Assembly (NCBI GenBank): GCA_040752695.1
Contig: JBFMGO010000149.1
Coordinates: 1-10,928 of the forward strand
DNA length: 10,928 nt
Direction: 5' to 3'
Origin: a bacterium
Lineage (GTDB): Bacteria; SZUA-182; DTGQ01
The position numbers were made by a program, and so were the translations under genes. The notes below the pieces were generated by a model. It was not told the origin of the DNA and ran no database searches. It was given only the letters and a program-made list of their open reading frames with translations. Below, piece after piece: positions 5,860-10,928 of this stretch (within the stretch, counting starts at the first letter, position 1; each line of letters begins with the position of its first letter).

Positions 5860-7644
5860 CCGTGATTCCGCCCACCTAAATAAAATTTGGCATTTATGCA
5901 TAATAATCTTGATAGTCCAAGAGGTTGATAATTTGCCAGTGTTTCTCTTCGAGGTTTAGCACCCCCAGACACTGTTATCCATATATAGAGTACATGGATC
6001 CCCACAAACCAGTGGAAAATCCATCGAGCGGTGGGACGGTAGTTTTTTGACCTGATTGAGGACGGTGGTCCCCTGCTCTCGCAAGCCCTTTCGTAGGCGA
6101 TACTCCAAGTGCGGCATACACCATCAAACACAGGGTCATAATCATCAATAGAGCCATAATCCTCTCTGGTTTTTTGAGAAAGAGAGCACTGGCTAAGAAC
6201 TCAGGATTCTTAAGGAAGCGGAATCCTTTTTCCACATGGCTTGACCTTTATACCCTTGGAGCGCATCTGGAGCTGGGAGCTTTTTTGAGTCTAGTTCATT
6301 TGTCGCTAATATGAACAGGCCTCTTTGTTCTGAGCATCTGTGCTCGTTTTGTCAGACATGAAGCGATAGAACTAGTGAGGAAATAATCTATGCGCTCAGG
6401 TCGCTCACCCTGCTTTGGTTTACCTCGATGGCCATAATGAGGCTGTTGTCTCGGATCTTGAGCTCATGCACATTTGTATATTGAAGCGTGCCCTGAAATC
6501 TTTCCCAGGCCCGCATGACATCTTCCGGGCAGGCAAAGGCGCGGTGGCACAGTGTGACAAAAGCCTTTTGCTCAGCTTCGCTACCCTTCAATGCCCGTTG
6601 ATTCAGCGTCTTAAGGTCACGCTCATAGGCTTGTTGGCTATAGACAATAATCCACCTTTGTCTGACACCTCCATACACACCACATACCTCCTGGTAGTGA
6701 TAGGTGTCATCAATCCGGTACATGCTGGCAACTTCCACCCGCTGGAGCAGCCCCTTGGCTATCGACAGGGTCTCAGGCATACGTGTGATAAACAGGACCC
6801 GCTGAGGCGAACTCCTTCAGAGTCTCTTCGGTATAGAGGGCACTGTCGGCTACCAGATACTCAAAGCCATGCGCATTCTTTAACTGCGCAACATGGCTTT
6901 GGATCAAAGAACGAAATCCGGTTTTATCGTCACTATTCCCACTGGCTGCACTCATGTGCACTGGGATAGATGCCTGTGATTCGACAATCAGATTGAGAAT
7001 ACATTGATTCAATTCCAGCCGATGATCCCGGGTATAACCTTTGGTCAGATGAATTAACCCCTTCCTGAGGAGGAGGAGAATCAGCGTTATACTGTCCATC
7101 TACATGAAAACTGGTGGAATCCATGTGAGTATAGCGTGGCTTGAGCCCAAGCAACACACAACTGGTGGCGGCGACATGTGCGTAAAGCTCTGTGGGATTA
7201 TAAGCGTAGATCGCCTCAAGTGTGCGTCCAAAGGTATCATCATTCAATTGCTCTGCTGTCACGCCCTCCCCCAACAGACGATCAACCGGCTTATTCTGAA
7301 AAAATTCCGGCACCAGGTAGAGTCGTTGATTGACAAAGCCTAATCCATTGAGAATCAATGCACAAACCGCTGTGCCATGAGTGTGCCATGAGAAATTTGT
7401 TTCTCCCCAGACGGCAACGCCTGATCAATCGTCTCAGCAATCTTTAACTCTTTGCACATTCCGGCTACCAAGCCTAAGTGCCCTAAATCCTGTGTAGTAT
7501 GCCTTGGTGACATCTATTTTATCCTTCTTATTCAAATCTATTTATAAATCGTATGTTAAATTAACGGCATACCACAGTATAGAATCAGCAACTTTTTTTC
7601 AAAGGAAAAATCTACAAATTCTTATCATAGGTGCGGAAACACGG
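5860..7644 (-). mobile_element. IS1634-family insertion sequence, degenerate
   Basis: Imperfect terminal inverted repeats CCGTGATTCCGCCCACCTA (from 5860) and TAGGTGCGGAAACACGG (ending 7644) enclose the transposase fragments. No flanking direct repeat is evident. Confidence 0.85.
5894..7513 (-). pseudogene. IS1634-family transposase, multiply frameshifted
   Basis: Consecutive fragments lie in different frames: MSPRHTTQDLGHLGLVAGMC; ILNGLGFVNQRLY...LNDDTFGRTLE...HMDSTSFHVDG; HLTKGYTRDHR.ELNQ...SGNSDDK...LVADSALY; YGGVRQRWIIVYS...FACPED; EKGFRFLKNP...LFLKKPERIMALLMIMTLCLMVY; PTARWIF; VLNLEEKHWQIINLLDYQDYYA*. Confidence 0.9.
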
Positions 7645-7646
7645 TT

Positions 7647-10499
7647 TTAGGGCAAAAAAGTGAGTTGATATAATTCTCGCAAAAAGTACGCATTACTCCT
7701 TCTGTAATCTTGTCTCCTCGATGTATTCAACCCCCATAGATACAACCAGGGGACATTGATCTTCATCTCAATTGTGCTCTCAAAGGGAATATTTTGGTTT
7801 TTTTCGTTGTGATTACCGCTTAAAGTAAAGGAAACTGTCTCCCCTAACATTTCAGCTAATTGGAGCTTTGTGATAATTTCTCGCGGATTAAAGATGACAA
7901 CCAGGTCTTTATACCCATCATTATTACTTAAACTTAAACCTTGGTCGACAGAGCGCTTACCAAAGTATCGTGGTATTAAGTCATTGTAATACCAATAGCT
8001 CGGTTTAACTTTTTCTGTGATGCCTTCATGACCCAGTTCAATCGATTCCGGTTCAATAATCGAGGGATCAAATCCTTCATAGCCATAGATAACAATAGGA
8101 ATTGGGCCCCAGTTCCATGGGTTTGGCAGCCAAGGCTTTTTCCAATTTTTAGTGCCTAATTTAAGTTCAACAATTACCTTTTGTTTTTGGACGGTAATGT
8201 TGCCATGCCCATCGTCATAGGTCCATTCTACCGTATAAGCTCCAGGAAGGTAAAAGTTAAATATGCAATCAGAGGTTGCCGTTATCTTCCCGGCACAATT
8301 ATCATGAGCAGTAGGCGGGGTTAAGATAACTATACCGTGTCCTTTTATGTCCGGAAGAGGATCGACATCCGGAACAGGCGGCAAGCAATCATTAAGGATA
8401 ATTGTTTGCTTCTGGGTAGCAGTGCCCCCATGATTATCACCATATATCCAGGTTACTTTATATTCACCCGGAGTTGTATAGGTTAGAGGATCACTAGTCG
8501 TCGCTGTAACTGTCTTGAATTTCCTGGTCATGGCCATGGGCGGGATGAGAGTTATTTTGCATTCAGCTATTACCTCAGGAAGAGGATCTACTATGGGATA
8601 AGGGGCCTTTGGCGTCAGTTTGATTAATTCCCATCCCCCTTCCGGTAAAGAGTCATCAGGATTAGTAAGAAGGTTCATCGGGTTGGCTGTGCCCAGATAA
8701 AGAGCATCATCTGAAATCATAGTACGGATACCATAATTAGTATAATTGCCCACCCCGGTAAGTGATTCAGGAATTGCCGGTTTATCTGATGAAGAAATAC
8801 AGAAAAGGTCTGCTCCAAAAGTATGTACTGGAGGATTTGCTAATAAAGTACTGAGAGGAAGATCGGCATAAGTTCCTAAAATCCATTTCATCTCTTCCAT
8901 GTCTACATAACTATAATCCATAGTACCGATAAAGAGTTCGTCGTTAAAAACTGACATGGTCCAGGTATAAATGTTAAAAGGGTTTCCAAAACCGGAGGGA
9001 CCCCAGAGAGGGCGGCCCATATTATTATTCTTAATCTCCCATTCCCTGGTTTCTTCATTAAAGGCAGGCAGTTGCGACGCTCCGTAAAGAACCTCCATTT
9101 CCGCATTTTCTGTACCAAAATTTCTTCCCCGGAATATGCTGATAGAACGATAGGTCCCTAAAAACACCTTAAGAGCTTCTTCTGTCTTAAAAACTTCTTC
9201 TATATTGTCTGGGTCACCATATTCCATAAAATGTAAAAGAGTGGCTACCATGGGCACATGCATGGTTCCCCAATAGAGATAGCCGTCAAAAGAGGCAAGG
9301 GCACCTCCCTCATAGGTGGAGGCAGTAATCCGGTCAGGCTCATAATCACTTGCCTTCCAGACCTTAGTCCATAGACCCGGCCGTACGTCCTCTGTGGTCA
9401 ATCCGCCTTCTTCGGGAATTTTCGGACTCATCCATATGCCTGCTTGCCCTGAAGTAGGCCAGGTTGAAATAAAGAGGCGGTTTTCGTGATAGGCAAGGTC
9501 TATCCCATCACTGTCAAGTATTCCAACAACCTCAAACTGGAACAGTTTCGACAGGTCCGGTTTTCCTGATGAGTATTCCAATTGGCCTGTCCATCGCAGC
9601 ACAAGGCCTTTCCCATCCCTCGTACCGACAGCCGTATAGAGAATATCATTCACCACCAGAAACTTACGAATGTTAATGCATTCTGGAAAATTTCTATATC
9701 CAAGATACTCATGAGTTTTGGCATCATAGGCAAAGATATCTACTCCTCCGAGCGGAATTAATGTTGGTCTTTCCGGGTAATCAACTCCATCGGGTAAAAT
9801 GAGAGTCGGTCCCCCCAGGAATACTACGTCTCCAAGCGTGCCTGCTGCACGTATGCCAAGGTTATAGTGGATTCGATTATCAGTATCTTGACTGGGAGGA
9901 GGCGTTAAATCCATCAGCTTCTTGGTTATGGTATTATAGACGAAAATATGGGGCGGCCTCCAATCACCAAGATAGTCGGGAAGAGGCGGACAAAGATGCG
10001 ATTCACCAAACTCACAAACCCATGAGGATGTCTGTTGGGAGGGCCAATCTATACCGAGCATATTTCGCATACCAAGACAATATACATTAGGGGCTGTTCC
10101 AAACCATAGATCATCTCCGGATTTAGTAAGCCCCCATACATAGGCTTGATTCACTTTTGGTACACAGCCATCAGGACAGGGTGGCTCATCAGGATACGGC
10201 ACACCGTTCTGGCAAAAGCATTCATCGGGCTTGGCTTTGGCAAGCAATTCCATGTGCATAGTTAATGTAGACTCAACATGCGTGGAGGAAGCCGGCAATG
10301 CTCCATAAGTGTTCATCCAAAATTTCTCGAGCATTTGTTTTTCAGTCAATTGTGCTGTAGAGGAATCTGGTAAACAGCAGTCCTCGCCTCTGGCCTTCCT
10401 TGTGCCGGCAATAAATAAGGTGGTAAACAGAGCTATGAGAGAAAAGAGCCAAATAAATTGTTTATTTTTTTTTATTACTCTCCTGGCTATTTTCGACAT
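7647..10499 (-). CDS. Large (~950 aa) secreted hypothetical protein: signal peptide, Cys-rich lead-in, predicted beta-rich (propeller-like) domain, two Ig/HYR-like repeats, C-terminal beta domain
   Basis: The ORF is long and uninterrupted. The start is reassigned to ATG 10499 (SD AAGGAG), giving a basic N-region, a hydrophobic stretch and A-R-G|E. Blade-like motifs recur (LWFGT, LYTAVG, LFISTW, LYWGT, LFIGT, LYLGT). Two ~74-aa repeats (DPLP...PP.A...TAT.....PG.Y.V.W.Y.D.HG....QKQ.I/VI) follow, then a NNDGYKDLV motif. Confidence 0.85.
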   Translation of the reverse strand: MSKIARRVIKKNKQFIWLFSLIALFTTLFIAGTRKARGEDCCLPDSSTAQLTEKQMLEKFWMNTYGALPASSTHVESTLTMHMELLAKAKPDECFCQNGVPYPDEPPCPDGCVPKVNQAYVWGLTKSGDDLWFGTAPNVYCLGMRNMLGIDWPSQQTSSWVCEFGESHLCPPLPDYLGDWRPPHIFVYNTITKKLMDLTPPPSQDTDNRIHYNLGIRAAGTLGDVVFLGGPTLILPDGVDYPERPTLIPLGGVDIFAYDAKTHEYLGYRNFPECINIRKFLVVNDILYTAVGTRDGKGLVLRWTGQLEYSSGKPDLSKLFQFEVVGILDSDGIDLAYHENRLFISTWPTSGQAGIWMSPKIPEEGGLTTEDVRPGLWTKVWKASDYEPDRITASTYEGGALASFDGYLYWGTMHVPMVATLLHFMEYGDPDNIEEVFKTEEALKVFLGTYRSISIFRGRNFGTENAEMEVLYGASQLPAFNEETREWEIKNNNMGRPLWGPSGFGNPFNIYTWTMSVFNDELFIGTMDYSYVDMEEMKWILGTYADLPLSTLLANPPVHTFGADLFCISSSDKPAIPESLTGVGNYTNYGIRTMISDDALYLGTANPMNLLTNPDDSLPEGGWELIKLTPKAPYPIVDPLPEVIAECKITLIPPMAMTRKFKTVTATTSDPLTYTTPGEYKVTWIYGDNHGGTATQKQTIILNDCLPPVPDVDPLPDIKGHGIVILTPPTAHDNCAGKITATSDCIFNFYLPGAYTVEWTYDDGHGNITVQKQKVIVELKLGTKNWKKPWLPNPWNWGPIPIVIYGYEGFDPSIIEPESIELGHEGITEKVKPSYWYYNDLIPRYFGKRSVDQGLSLSNNDGYKDLVVIFNPREIITKLQLAEMLGETVSFTLSGNHNEKNQNIPFESTIEMKINVPWLYLWGLNTSRRQDYRRSNAYFLRELYQLTFLP
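8166..8603 (-). repeat. Two tandem ~74-aa Ig/HYR-like protein repeats
   Basis: PYPIVDPLPEVIAECKITLIPPMAMT..KTVTATTSDPLTYTTPGEYKVTWIYGDNHGGTATQKQTIIL aligns with PVPDVDPLPDIKGHGIVILTPPTAHDNCAGKITATSD..FYLPGAYTVEWTYDDGHGNITVQKQKVIV. Confidence 0.8.
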
Positions 10500-10719
10500 T
10501 ATTACTATCTCCTTAAAAAATAAAATATTTTTTCTTAAACCCTTTTTTAAAACTGTTACTTTGATAAAGATTTGTATTATAGGTTCACATGTCAAAAAAG
10601 ATGTAGGAATTTAACGTAATATAAATTGAACTATTTTATATATTATTAACTAAAATATTTGAAGTGATGTTAAGATCGATCATTTTTCAATTTTTCTACT
10701 ACAATGTTCTATCAATAAT

Positions 10720-10744
10720 GGGGACAGATTTGAAATCTGTCCCC
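10720..10744. repeat. Perfect 25-bp palindrome (REP-like / hairpin)
   Basis: GGGGACAGATTT-G-AAATCTGTCCCC has 12-bp arms and is followed by TTTTT on the + strand. Confidence 0.85.
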
Positions 10745-10804
10745 TTTTCATGAACGATTAGTTAGTTAAGCAAGACAGGTGCTTATTGCGATTTGAGATA
10801 TGAG

Positions 10805-10928
10805 CCGACATTCCGCACCCCCCATAATAAGATTGGGGATTTATGTATAATAATTTTGATAGCCTAACAGGTTGATAATTTGCCAGTGTCTATCCTGAAG
10901 GTTTAAAACTCCCAGGCATTTCCCATCC
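10805..10928 (-). mobile_element. 3' end of a second, diverged IS1634-family element (partial, window edge)
   Basis: The terminal repeat is CCGACATTCCGCACCC. The minus frame ends DGKCLGVLNLQDRHWQIINLLGYQNYYT* (stop 10843-10841), homologous to CLGVLNLEEKHWQIINLLDYQDYYA* of the first copy. Both share the exact run AGGTTGATAATTTGCCAGTGT. Confidence 0.85.

Noticed and set aside
6415..7343. + strand ORFs 6415-6969 and 7104-7343
   Set aside because: They are antisense to IS1634 transposase fragments.
10500..10595. ORF-track N-terminal extension of the large gene (TTG start at 10595)
   Set aside because: The ATG at 10499 has an AAGGAG SD and yields a proper signal peptide. The extension is AT-rich, UTR-like sequence.
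10576..10595. Perfect TTGACA and TATAAT on the minus strand upstream of the large gene as one promoter
   Set aside because: They are separated by only 8 bp rather than 16-18. Either hexamer could belong to a promoter, but I cannot define it.

Overview
This is a bacterial chromosomal window with two parts. The core segment (1-5430) begins with the 5' part of a secreted Gly/Tyr-repeat protein on the minus strand, which runs off the window edge and is missing from the ORF track. It sits behind an ~820-bp non-coding region. Next come rpsT, divergent from murJ, then a DUF3467-like gene, nrdR, acyP and a tRNA-Val(TAC)/tRNA-Asp(GTC) pair with its own promoter and terminator. Directly after tRNA-Asp is a decayed integrative island. 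It holds the C-terminal remnant of a tyrosine integrase with putative arm-type repeats, cut by an IS630-family element that is in turn cut by a multiply frameshifted IS1634-family element. The island continues with an intact ~950-aa secreted multidomain protein, a perfect 25-bp palindrome, and the 3' end of a second, diverged IS1634-family copy. The most novel-looking items are the (L/Y)YGTSGLYGG-repeat exported protein with its SD-like-motif-rich upstream region, and the large secreted cargo protein. All family assignments come from motif recognition, not database searches.
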